Part shown: one piece after another, positions 55,836-64,000 of the stretch
How the letters are laid out: every line of letters begins with the position of its first letter
Numbering within the stretch: the first letter of the stretch is position 1
Source of the DNA: Candidatus Calditenuis fumarioli
Lineage (GTDB): Archaea; Thermoproteota; Nitrososphaeria_A; Caldarchaeales; Calditenuaceae
NCBI GenBank assembly: GCA_030059665.1
Contig: JANVYR010000003.1
Span: 32,001-96,000 of the forward strand
Direction: 5' to 3'
Length of the DNA stretch: 64,000 bases
Position numbers and translations under genes: made by a program
The notes under the pieces: generated by a model
The model's database searches: none
What the model was told of the DNA's origin: nothing
Seen by the model: the letters and a program-made list of their open reading frames with translations, nothing else

Positions 55836-56798
55836 ATGGCGGAGGACAGGCTCCTGGTCGCGTTCGGTGACGAGCTGTTCAGCTACGACTTCGGGCCCTA
55901 CCATCCCTTGAACAGGTCGAGGACCGAGCTCTTCGTGAGGAGGTTGATGGAGCTGAAGGAGAGGGCGCCCGAGAAGATCGAGCTGGTGGAGCCCGCGATG
56001 GCCACCGAGGACGAGTTAACGCTCTTCCACACCAGGGAGTACGTCGAGTTCGTCAAGCTGGCCTGCTCTCCCGGATCCAAGGTCAGGTACCTCGACTACG
56101 GCGACACGCCCGCGTACCCCAACTGCTTCACGAGGGCGTCGGTTGTGGTGGGGACGACGCTGAAGCTCCTCAGGGAGATCGCGTCTGGTAGGGCGAGGAG
56201 GGCCTTCAACCCGGTCGGTGGCCTCCACCACGCCAGGAGGGGGGCTGCTGGAGGGTTCTGCATCTTCAACGACGCCGCGATCGCGATCGAGTACGCATTG
56301 AAGGTCCTCGGCTACAGGGCTGTGGCTTACGTCGACATCGACGCCCACCACGGCGACGGCGTCTACTACGACTTCGAGGAGAACCCGAGGGTCGTCTTCT
56401 TCGACATACACCAGGACGGCCGGACCCTCTATCCCGGAACCGGACACGAGTACGAGAGGGGGAAGGGGGAGGCGTTAGGACGGAAGATGAACGCACCGCT
56501 CCCTCCCTACAGCGGCGACGAGGAGTTCCTCAGAGCGCTGGAGAAGGGGATGAGGTTCCTCGAGCAGTTCGAGTTCGACATAGTGCTCTTCCAGGCTGGA
56601 GCCGACGGCCTCGCCGGAGACCCGCTCACGAATCTGATGTACACCCGCAGGGCCCACGAGAGCGCCGCGAAGGCGCTCCTTGAGCTGGCCGAGAGGAAGT
56701 GCAACGGAAGGATCCTGGCCTTCGGCGGAGGCGGGTACAACCCGGTCAACGTGGGCGAGGCGTGGAGCGCGGTGGTGGAGGTCCTCGCGGGGATCTGA
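55836..56798 (+). CDS. Histone deacetylase/AcuC-family Zn hydrolase
   Basis: GGLHHARRGAAGGFCIFND, VDIDAHHGDG, YPGTG, AGADGLAGDP, GGGGY. Confidence 0.94.
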   Translation: MAEDRLLVAFGDELFSYDFGPYHPLNRSRTELFVRRLMELKERAPEKIELVEPAMATEDELTLFHTREYVEFVKLACSPGSKVRYLDYGDTPAYPNCFTRASVVVGTTLKLLREIASGRARRAFNPVGGLHHARRGAAGGFCIFNDAAIAIEYALKVLGYRAVAYVDIDAHHGDGVYYDFEENPRVVFFDIHQDGRTLYPGTGHEYERGKGEALGRKMNAPLPPYSGDEEFLRALEKGMRFLEQFEFDIVLFQAGADGLAGDPLTNLMYTRRAHESAAKALLELAERKCNGRILAFGGGGYNPVNVGEAWSAVVEVLAGI

Positions 56799-56870
56799 GA
56801 ACGGAGACGGATCGAGGCTTGCAACGTGGAGTCGAAAGCCTTATCGGTCCCCCATCACCGTAAGGTGCGG

Positions 56871-57290
56871 ATGGCATCTGGGGTGAACCCGCGCGTCATC
56901 AGGGTCACGATATTCGACGTCTACCCTACGCAGCTCGGCCATTGCCCGCACTACAACCTGGTCTCCTCGCAGATGATGACGGCCGGGTCGGAGTTCTGCG
57001 AGCTCTCCTCACAGGCGGTCGAATACCCCGAGGAGGTGATAGGGAGCCACGGCAGGGCCGTCCGGATCCTCGAGGCGATAAGGAGGGAGGTCGGCGGTGA
57101 GCCGGTAAGGGTCGAGGTCGAGATGGTCGAGCTCCTCTCGCCGCGCGGCTTCATCTCCTCGCTCAGGTACGGGATAAGGTCGAACTTCGCGGTCGTGATC
57201 AACGGCAGGAAGGTGTACGATGGGAGGCCCGAGGAGGGCGTGGTAGAGGAGCGCGTCGCCGCTCACGTGAGGGAGCTCCTGCGGACCTGA
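56871..57290 (+). CDS. Hypothetical protein, possible thioredoxin-like fold
   Basis: Own CTTATC TATA. HCPH and FCE motifs, C-terminal AVVINGRKVYDG strand typical of Trx-like folds. Confidence 0.6.
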   Translation: MASGVNPRVIRVTIFDVYPTQLGHCPHYNLVSSQMMTAGSEFCELSSQAVEYPEEVIGSHGRAVRILEAIRREVGGEPVRVEVEMVELLSPRGFISSLRYGIRSNFAVVINGRKVYDGRPEEGVVEERVAAHVRELLRT

Positions 57291-57296
57291 GTCAAG

Positions 57297-58073
57297 CTAC
57301 GTCCGCGATTTCTTCCTCGAGCCCGCGTCCTTCACCGCCGCGATTACTTTGCCCAGCGCACCGACGTCCCGCTCCGCCAGCGTCCCTGTCACGACGAGAT
57401 CGGCTCCGGACTCGACGACCCTCCTCGCCTGCTCCTCGTTCCTGATGCCTCCACCGACGACGAGGGGGACGTCCAGCACCGACCGGACCGTCTTGATCAG
57501 CCTCGGCGACAGCGGCTCCGGAGCTCCAGAACCGGCCTCCAGGTAGACGAACCTCATCCCCAGGTACTGGGCCGCGAGGGCGTAGGCAGCTGCCACGTTG
57601 GGCCGCTCCTCGGGGATAGGGTAAACACGGCCGACCACCGCGACGGAGGAGCCTGCCCCGAAGACTATGTAGCCCATCGGTATCGCCTCGAGGCCGTACT
57701 CCTTCACCAGGAAGGAACCGTGGATCTGCGCACCGAGGAGGAACCACCACTCCAGCGAGTTCAGCAGCGACATGTAGAAGATCGCGTCCGCGTACCGGCT
57801 GACGGCGTTGACGTTGTTCGGGAACACGATCACCGGTTTCGAGGTGTTCTCCTTGATGGTCCTCACCGCTACGTCGTAGGACTCGTGCGACCAGATGGTG
57901 GAGCCTCCTACCATGAAGGCATCGGTCCCCTGCTCCTCCGCGGTCCGAACCGTTCTGGCCAGAGCGTCCCGGTCGAGGTTCTCCGGGTCGAGCAGCGTGA
58001 GGTGGCAGCAACCCTCCCTCTCCACCACGTCCAGCAGGTAGCTCTCGGTCTTCCCGAGCCTCAGCCCCCTCAA
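57297..58073 (-). CDS. Geranylgeranylglyceryl phosphate synthase (group II, PcrB family)
   Basis: HLTLLDPE, DAFMVGGS, PVIVFP, YLEAGSGA, VVGGGIR, VVTGT. Start refined to TTG 58073. Confidence 0.93.
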   Translation of the reverse strand: MRGLRLGKTESYLLDVVEREGCCHLTLLDPENLDRDALARTVRTAEEQGTDAFMVGGSTIWSHESYDVAVRTIKENTSKPVIVFPNNVNAVSRYADAIFYMSLLNSLEWWFLLGAQIHGSFLVKEYGLEAIPMGYIVFGAGSSVAVVGRVYPIPEERPNVAAAYALAAQYLGMRFVYLEAGSGAPEPLSPRLIKTVRSVLDVPLVVGGGIRNEEQARRVVESGADLVVTGTLAERDVGALGKVIAAVKDAGSRKKSRT

Positions 58074-58268
58074 CCTCCGGGACCGTCTCCCGGGATGTAT
58101 TTGAACGTCTTGAGGAGGTCCAGGGGTCATGAGCGGTCCACGAGCGAGGAAGACCAAGATGGTCCGGAAGGTCACTCTGCCGACAGGTCTCCGCACTCAA
58201 CTCGGGAGAACGTCATCCGCTCTGCCACCCGCGAAACGTTATTTACCGTCACAATGTGTTGAGTTCCG

Positions 58269-58664
58269 GTGTCGATAGCCGGGAAGCTGATCGAGGAGCT
58301 CGAGAGGGATCAAGAGGCAAGGAGGAGACTCGCCGAGATCTTGGTTACCGACGGTGAGGTGAGGTTGGCGATAATCAACGCGGTTCTGGCGGACGTAGCG
58401 ACCAAGAGGGACCTCGAAACGCTACGGGCTGAGCTCAAGGCCGATATCAAGAGGGTTGAGGACAACCTGAAGGCTCTGATCGAGAGGGAGATATCGAGAC
58501 TTGAGAGGAGGATCGATGCCTTGGAGAACAGGGTAAACTCAATAGAGGCCAGGTTGTCAAGGCTGGAGGGTCAGATGAACCTCTTCGTCAAGCTCTTCAT
58601 CGCATTCAACCTGCCGATTCTGCTGGCTGTGATCGGAATTCTGCTGAGGCTCGTCTTCGCATAA
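58269..58664 (+). CDS. Coiled-coil membrane-anchored protein (DUF1640/CCDC90-like, PaREP15-like)
   Basis: Head domain, VATKRDL beta-layer-type motif, heptad coiled coil and C-terminal TM. Confidence 0.75.
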   Translation: MSIAGKLIEELERDQEARRRLAEILVTDGEVRLAIINAVLADVATKRDLETLRAELKADIKRVEDNLKALIEREISRLERRIDALENRVNSIEARLSRLEGQMNLFVKLFIAFNLPILLAVIGILLRLVFA

Positions 58665-58773
58665 TGCCGTTCCGATCCGCTCGACCTCCCACCCTCATCC
58701 TGAGATTCACACATTGCCGGCAACCTTCAAAGGGCGTGATCTATAAACGGAACCTCTGCGAACCGGTGACGGC

Positions 58774-58929
58774 ATGAGCAAGAAGACGTTGCCGATGAAG
58801 AGGAGGCTGGCAGCGGCACTTAAGAGGGCAGACCCGGTACCTGCATGGGTGGCCCTGAGGACCGGGGGCGAGGTGCGGGCGAGCAGGAGGGCGCGGAACT
58901 GGAGGAGGTCGGCCAGCATCAAGCCGTGA
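58774..58929 (+). CDS. rpl39e: 50S ribosomal protein eL39 (below ORF-track cutoff)
   Basis: Manual translation MSKKTLPMKRRLAAALKRADPVPAWVALRTGGEVRASRRARNWRRSASIKP. Confidence 0.93.
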   Translation: MSKKTLPMKRRLAAALKRADPVPAWVALRTGGEVRASRRARNWRRSASIKP

Positions 58930-58940
58930 GGTGATGGGCG

Positions 58941-59225
58941 ATGTCCGAGCGGAGGTGGGAGCTCACCCTGAACCTCCGGGACGCATACGAAGCCAAGAAG
59001 TGGAGGAGGGCGAAGAGGGCGATCAACCTGATCAGGCAGAAGGCGGCGAGGATCGCGAAGGTGAAGCGCGTCGTCATCGACGAGTCTCTGAACCGGCTGA
59101 TCTGGTCCAGGGGCGTCGAGAGGCCGCCGAGGAAGGTGCAGGTGGTGATCGAGAGGGTGGACGAGGAGACGGCCGAGGTGAAGCTGCCGGGGTCCGAGGA
59201 ACGCTCCGCGCGGGAGGAAGGGTGA
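58941..59225 (+). CDS. rpl31e: 50S ribosomal protein eL31
   Basis: LNLR...WRRAKRAINLIR...IDESLNRLIWSRGVERPPRKVQV. Confidence 0.95.
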   Translation: MSERRWELTLNLRDAYEAKKWRRAKRAINLIRQKAARIAKVKRVVIDESLNRLIWSRGVERPPRKVQVVIERVDEETAEVKLPGSEERSAREEG

Positions 59226-59923
59226 GCGGGCTGAGCGGGGGCCTGAACGTCGCCAGCAGGATCCACGTCTTCGACGTCTTCGGAACGCCCTACCTCGGCC
59301 TCTTCGCCACGTGCACAGACAGGTTCCTGATCCTGCCGACGATCACGCCCGACAAGGACGCGCGGCTGCTGGGCCAGATGCTCTCGGTGGAGCCCGTCAA
59401 GGCGTCGGTGGCCTCCAGCTTCCTGATAGGCGTCATGGTCGCGGCCAACTCCAACGGCGTGCTGATGCCGAGAACGGCCCTCGACGAGGAGGTGGAATCT
59501 CTCAGGAGGTCGCTCGCCGACAGGAACGTGGTGGTGCTGGAGAGCAGGCTGACGGCACTGGGGAACCTGATACTCGCCAACGACAGAGGGGCCGTTGTGT
59601 CGCCGGACTTCACGCAGCGCGACGTGAGGGCGATCTCGGACGCCCTGTCTGTGGAGGTGGTGAGGGGGACCATCTCGGGGATGAAGACCGTCGGCTCCCT
59701 CGCGGTGGTGAACAACAGAACGGGCGTCGTCACCGTCGACGCTAGCGACAGCGACCTGGAGCTGCTGAGGGAGGTGCTGAAGGTGGAGCTCTTCAGGGTG
59801 ACCGTGAACGACGGGTCCAAGTTCGTCAGGAGCGGGCTGCTCGCCAACGACTGGGGAGTGGTTGTGGGGAGCAGGACGCGCGGTCCGGAGCTGATGCTGC
59901 TGTCGACCGCCTTCAACAGGTGA
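59222..59923 (+). CDS. eif6: Translation initiation factor aIF6
   Basis: PYLGLF, IGVMVAANSNG, ALGNLILANDRGA, VGSLAVVN, GTVNxG-like VTVNDGS, TRGPEL. GTG start at 59222. Confidence 0.93.
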   Translation: MSGLSGGLNVASRIHVFDVFGTPYLGLFATCTDRFLILPTITPDKDARLLGQMLSVEPVKASVASSFLIGVMVAANSNGVLMPRTALDEEVESLRRSLADRNVVVLESRLTALGNLILANDRGAVVSPDFTQRDVRAISDALSVEVVRGTISGMKTVGSLAVVNNRTGVVTVDASDSDLELLREVLKVELFRVTVNDGSKFVRSGLLANDWGVVVGSRTRGPELMLLSTAFNR

Positions 59924-59925
59924 CC

Positions 59926-60096
59926 TCAGCGTTCGTCCTCAGCTGTGAGGCATTTCGGGCAGACGCAGTCGCTTGCAACGGTGGAGAGCCACCTGAGACG
60001 GTCGGGTTCCACGAAGACTGAGCCGCACCAGCAATCACCATCATCGGCACCGCACTGGAACTCCTCGCCGCAGAGCTCGCAGGTCTTTCGCCTCAA
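59926..60096 (-). CDS. Cysteine-rich CWC-family small protein
   Basis: KTCELCGEEFQCG...DCWC...DCVCPKCL. TTG start overlaps the rpl13e stop. Confidence 0.8.
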   Translation of the reverse strand: MRRKTCELCGEEFQCGADDGDCWCGSVFVEPDRLRWLSTVASDCVCPKCLTAEDER

Positions 60097-60305
60097 GCCT
60101 GCCTCGACTTGGCCAGCTCTGCCTTTAGCCTTTCCAACTTCTCGACGTTCCAGCTGTGGACGGTCCTCCTCCTGGGATCCACCCTGATTCCCAGCTCCTC
60201 GGCCTCCCTCAAGGTGAGCCCAGCGGCCCTTAGCTCGCCCACCGAGAAGCCCCTGCCCTCCCGGAACTTCCGCTGTCCGGGGCTCCTGACCACCGGCGCC
60301 GACAA
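60093..60305 (-). CDS. rpl13e: 50S ribosomal protein eL13
   Basis: REGRGFSVGELRAAGL...LGIRVDPRRRTVHSWNVEKL. Confidence 0.95.
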   Translation of the reverse strand: MSAPVVRSPGQRKFREGRGFSVGELRAAGLTLREAEELGIRVDPRRRTVHSWNVEKLERLKAELAKSRQA

Positions 60306-60315
60306 CCCGGATCAC

Positions 60316-60657
60316 CTACAGCTCGTCCTTGGAGAGCCTCACTATGCGCGTCTCACGCTTCTTTGGGGTCAATCTGTCCAGCAGCTCCCTCAGCACCTCG
60401 TCCGTTACCTGACCCCTCAAGCGGCCCGACTGGGCCAGCTGGATCAGGTACCTCTCGACGGCCTCGGCCAGATCCGGCCTCGCCACCCGAACGTTCGAGA
60501 GCCTCTGTCTGGCCTCGGGGGTCAGGATCACCTTGAGGATCGCGGCCCGCTCCGCCTCCTCCCTCCTCCGGGCCTCCTCCTCTGCGAGGCGCTGCTGGAG
60601 CTCGGCCATCTTTCTCCGCCTGATCTCCTCAAGCTCGGCGTCCTCGGGACCAGACAA
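60316..60657 (-). CDS. PDCD5/TFAR19-family DNA-binding protein
   Basis: ELEEIRRRKMAELQ...ILTPEARQRLSNVRVARPDLAEAVE...ITD/VTDEVLRELL. Confidence 0.95.
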   Translation of the reverse strand: MSGPEDAELEEIRRRKMAELQQRLAEEEARRREEAERAAILKVILTPEARQRLSNVRVARPDLAEAVERYLIQLAQSGRLRGQVTDEVLRELLDRLTPKKRETRIVRLSKDEL

Positions 60658-60765
60658 CGCCCGTCACCGGACCGGGATCCACTCGATTTTTGATAAGCTT
60701 TACCTCCAGGGGATCCTCGGAGGGAGAGCGCCTGCGAAGCGTAACGACAGATATACATCTCCATG

Positions 60766-61386
60766 TCACATGAGTGTGACCGATAGTATGACGTAAGAGG
60801 CTATCACGATGAGAGTCACCGACCAGATCAGGTTGTAGTTCACCCAGATCCTTCTGAGCGCACCCAGTCCCAGAACGCGGTAGACGAGCAGGCCGGCAAC
60901 CATCATGGTTAGTCCCGCGACGAAGGAGTGGATGACCGTGAAGGTGAGGGCTGAGGTTAACACCGCTAAACCGCCACCGAACCTCGAGCACCAGGCCGAG
61001 ATGAGAGGGGCCAGGGAGAGGGTTGAGCCATGAACCATCCCGAGAAGCAGGCCGACGCAAAGCAACTCGTGTCTGCCCCGCTTCAAACCAAGGTAGGGAT
61101 GAGAGGGTCGCAAGAGTCTCCAGGCACCGTAAGTCAAGGCTGCAGCAGCCGTGACGACGGTCCACCATCTGAGGTGCGATGCTGGGGCTGAAAGGGCCAG
61201 CGATAGAACCGAGGACAGCATGTGACCTAAAGAGAGTAAGGATATCGAAAGGGCGAGCTCGCGGAGGCTCTTGGAGATCAACGCCCTGTAAACCCCGAGG
61301 AGCCACCCAGAAGAGGGGTTGACTCCGTGGACTATCCCAAGCGTGACCACCGTCCAGCCGATGAAGCCCTCGGCGATCAAAACCAC
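60766..61386 (-). CDS. Multi-pass membrane protein with conserved-looking His motifs, coupled to SBP56
   Basis: LGIVHGVNPSSGWL, GHMLSS, GMVHG, IHS, about 6 TM helices. GTG start 1 nt after the SBP56 stop. Confidence 0.75.
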   Translation of the reverse strand: MVLIAEGFIGWTVVTLGIVHGVNPSSGWLLGVYRALISKSLRELALSISLLSLGHMLSSVLSLALSAPASHLRWWTVVTAAAALTYGAWRLLRPSHPYLGLKRGRHELLCVGLLLGMVHGSTLSLAPLISAWCSRFGGGLAVLTSALTFTVIHSFVAGLTMMVAGLLVYRVLGLGALRRIWVNYNLIWSVTLIVIASYVILSVTLM

Positions 61387-61387
61387 A

Positions 61388-62794
61388 TCACGGCGACGGA
61401 TAGCAGAAGCTGTCCGAACTCGAGTCGCCGCCCTCAAGCCTCACCTGATGGGCCTTGGCCTCGCCGAAGTCGACGAGGAAGTCCCTTACCACGCTCAGGT
61501 CACCGTTATCGGATCTCAGCAGCACCAGCCAACCCCTCAGCCCCTCCGGATAGAATATGGGGTCCCAGCTGCTGTATAGCGAGTTGGTGACGTACACCCT
61601 CTTACCGTCCCTGCTAACCTCAACCATCTGGGGTCCGCCGGTGAGGGGTCTTCCCGACGGGTGAGGGGACCTATGGAGGATCCCACCCAGCTTAGCGACC
61701 GACCTCAGCTTGGGCTCGAACGGATTGCTCACGTCGTAGCACCTGAGCTCCCCGGTCCCCCAGCACGAGACGTAGAGGTATCTGTCGTCCAGGGAGAGGT
61801 TGATGTCCGTCACAAGCGGCGGAACGACGCCGAATGGTCTGAGCGCATCCGGGAGGAGGTCCCTCTCAACCGGGACAGCCTCGACCTCAATGACTTTCTG
61901 CGCGCCCCACCGCCCGTCCTCCTTGTACCAGAGCCACACGCTTGAACTCAGGTTCGATACGTTGACGACCACATTGACGAAGCCCATCGGTTTGGTCGGA
62001 TCGTGAAGGGGTCTCAGCTCCAGAACCATCCTCTCGTCCTTCCCGAGCTCTATCGCCTGGACGTGCTTCCTCCTCCTCAGATCCCAGAAGTGCAGCTTGT
62101 TGCCGTACAGACCTTTCGTGAGGGCCTCGAGGTCCAGGCCGTTCTCATAGTACTTCGGAACGGTCCACTCGCTGGTGACCATCGTGTCCTCCGCCAGATG
62201 CCACCAGAAGTCGTACGCGAGGTACTGCGGTCCCCTTTCGATCTCGAACCTTCCCAACGGCTCGAAGGTCCTGTGATCGAGCAGCAGGACGCCTCCAGGC
62301 CCCCCATCACCCCGACCCCCGAGCGCGCTGACGTAGATCGCGTCGGGACCGCAGTGAACGGTGTGCAGCCTCGAGTAGCCAGTTACCCTCGTGATCTTCT
62401 CTCCTGGGATTTTCTTAACGAGCCTCGGTCTCCTCGGATCAGGCTTAGTGTCCAGCACGTAGACGTTGGAGGACCTGAGTCCCGGGACAATCAAGTGCCT
62501 CCTCTCCGTCGTGGGATCTCCGTAGGGGCAGAGCATTGAGCTGCAGGCGTTCCAGCCGAAGTGGTGGAGCTCGTCGCCCACCTGGTCCAGCTCAACTCGA
62601 TGGACTATCCGCCCGAAGTTCTCGGACTTGGGGTCGACGTCCACGACGGCGATGAAGTCGGGCTTGTTGATCCCGGTGCCGGTGTGAAGGGCCGCCACGT
62701 AAGCGAACCTCTCTGGAGGTGCCCTCATCGCCTCAGCAGGGGTGGGATAGAAGGTCGGGTCCGGTGCGAGGGCTGTCACGCCCGGTGGCACCAT
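61388..62794 (-). CDS. Selenium-binding protein SBP56 / methanethiol oxidase family
   Basis: DPTFYPTP, GDELHHFGWNACSS, LHTVHC, YDFWW, TSEW, GPQMVEVSRDGKRVYVTNSLYSSWD..FYP, AHQVRLEGGDSSSD. No signal peptide. Confidence 0.95.
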   Translation of the reverse strand: MVPPGVTALAPDPTFYPTPAEAMRAPPERFAYVAALHTGTGINKPDFIAVVDVDPKSENFGRIVHRVELDQVGDELHHFGWNACSSMLCPYGDPTTERRHLIVPGLRSSNVYVLDTKPDPRRPRLVKKIPGEKITRVTGYSRLHTVHCGPDAIYVSALGGRGDGGPGGVLLLDHRTFEPLGRFEIERGPQYLAYDFWWHLAEDTMVTSEWTVPKYYENGLDLEALTKGLYGNKLHFWDLRRRKHVQAIELGKDERMVLELRPLHDPTKPMGFVNVVVNVSNLSSSVWLWYKEDGRWGAQKVIEVEAVPVERDLLPDALRPFGVVPPLVTDINLSLDDRYLYVSCWGTGELRCYDVSNPFEPKLRSVAKLGGILHRSPHPSGRPLTGGPQMVEVSRDGKRVYVTNSLYSSWDPIFYPEGLRGWLVLLRSDNGDLSVVRDFLVDFGEAKAHQVRLEGGDSSSDSFCYPSP

Positions 62795-62995
62795 CGGCAA
62801 TATATATGTCTAATCTTATCACGCAATAATTTTTAGCATATACAACGGAAATAGGACTCTCGGTGAAACGCTTTGCCCGACCATCTCCTTACCCAAGCCG
62901 GCTGCTGGTGACAGGGTCGGACAACCACAACGCACGACGACCCACCTCCGACCTCAAAATTTAATCAACGTCCCAAACGGAGACAGATGTGGGGG

Positions 62996-63424
62996 ATGAG
63001 CGAGCAGCGCCAGAGGAGGATCAGGATACTGCTCGCGAAGCCCGGACTCGACGGCCACGACAGGGGCCTCCTGATCCTGGCGAGGGCCTTCAGGGACGCC
63101 GGGTTCGAGGTCGTCTACGGAGGGATCCTGAGGAGCCCGGAGGAGGTGGTGGAGATAGCGATCCAGGAGGACGTCGACGTGGTGGCCCTGAGCCTCCACA
63201 ACGCCGACCACATACCGAACTTCATCAAGGTGGCACGGCTGCTGAGGGAGCGCGGAGCTAAGGACGTGGTGATAGTCGGCGGAGGCATCATACCTCCAGA
63301 GGACAAACCGATCCTCGAGAAGGAGGGCATAACGGGCAACTTCGGACCAGGAACGCCGCTGAACGTCATCATCCAGCACATCGTCGAACGGGTGAGGAAG
63401 GAGAGGTGGAAGGAGGGGACGTAG
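62996..63424 (+). CDS. Methylmalonyl-CoA mutase-family B12-binding small subunit
   Basis: AKPGLDGHDRG (DxHxxG), VGGGIIP, NFGPGT. Confidence 0.94.
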   Translation: MSEQRQRRIRILLAKPGLDGHDRGLLILARAFRDAGFEVVYGGILRSPEEVVEIAIQEDVDVVALSLHNADHIPNFIKVARLLRERGAKDVVIVGGGIIPPEDKPILEKEGITGNFGPGTPLNVIIQHIVERVRKERWKEGT

Positions 63425-63436
63425 GACCTCTGGGGC

Positions 63437-64000
63437 TCAGATGATCTGCGGCTCCTTCCAGGTGCCGTAGACCTCCCTGCCGACGTTCATTATCTCCTCG
63501 AGCGTCGCGTAGGACCTCACCGCCTCGATGATGTAGGGCATCACGTTGACCTCCTCGTGCTCGAAGGCCCACCTGAGCTGATCGAGGGCCCTCCTGACCC
63601 TCTCGTTGTCCCTGGTCCTCTTGACCTCGTTCAGCCGCTCGATCTGCTTGGCCGCCACGCTCTCGTCGATCCTGAGGTAGTTGATCGGCCTCTCTTCGGG
63701 GATCACGTACTTGTTCACACCGACGATGACGGTCTCGCCCGACTCGACGGCCAGCTGGGTCCTGTACGCCGTCTCGTGGATCTCTCGCTGGACGTATCCC
63801 GACTCGATGGCCCTCAGCATCCCTCCCATCTCGTCGATCTTGTGGAAGTACTCAAGGGCCTTCTCGAACATCTGATCGGTCAGCCACTCGACGAAGTAGG
63901 AGCCTGCCAGCGGGTCTATCGTGTCGGGAACATCGGTCTCCTCCGCGATGATCTGCTGCGTCCTCAGCGCCACCAGCACCGCCTCCTCGGTCGGGAGGGC
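63437..64000 (-). CDS. Methylmalonyl-CoA mutase-family large subunit, 5' part outside the window
   Basis: ALRTQQIIAEET...IDPLAGSYFVEWLTD...GGMLRAIESG...VGVNKY...NVMPYIIEAVRSYATLEEI. Confidence 0.93.
   Translation of the reverse strand, partial: ALPTEEAVLVALRTQQIIAEETDVPDTIDPLAGSYFVEWLTDQMFEKALEYFHKIDEMGGMLRAIESGYVQREIHETAYRTQLAVESGETVIVGVNKYVIPEERPINYLRIDESVAAKQIERLNEVKRTRDNERVRRALDQLRWAFEHEEVNVMPYIIEAVRSYATLEEIMNVGREVYGTWKEPQII

Noticed and set aside
58129-58278. 49-codon basic ORF upstream of the DUF1640-like gene
   Set aside because: The nearby TATA fits the divergent GGGP synthase gene, and there is no recognisable motif.
1-64000. CRISPR arrays, IS elements, integrases, inteins, rRNA genes
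   Set aside because: I saw no regularly spaced repeats, transposase or integrase motifs, intein-sized insertions in PolB/Cdc48, or rRNA-like sequence.

Overview
GC-rich archaeal chromosome segment. The TACK-type gene set (crenactin, archaellin, PolB1 plus PolB2, eL13, AglB, zinc-type ferredoxin, CoxMS) is most consistent with Aigarchaeota/Caldarchaeales; this assignment is an inference. Most of the window is housekeeping: ribosomal proteins, Cdc48, FEN1, RecJ/GAN, HflX, DHS, MAP, lipid synthesis (EgsA, GGPPS, GGGPS), His genes and an H+-PPase. There are three tRNAs, including a tRNA-Gln with two BHB introns. I saw no CRISPR array, IS element or integrase. The most interesting unexplained signals are: (1) a four-gene Met/Cys/His-rich cluster at 44.7-46.9 kb (cupredoxin, thioredoxin-like protein, membrane-anchored wHTH regulator, C2H2-TM-His protein) whose two divergent promoters share a tandem CGTTTC-N4-CGTTTCGCG motif, a candidate membrane-sensed copper/redox regulon; (2) a ~105-nt structured intergenic element resembling a miniaturised RNase P catalytic core; (3) a crenactin gene without neighbouring arcadins; (4) an SBP56 gene coupled to a His-bearing membrane protein; (5) a surface beta-propeller coupled to a Dpp-type ABC importer; (6) a 62-nt exact repeat between the two Cdc48 P-loops; (7) repeated breakage of ribosomal operons. 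Starts were refined by eye where stated, and no database searches were run.
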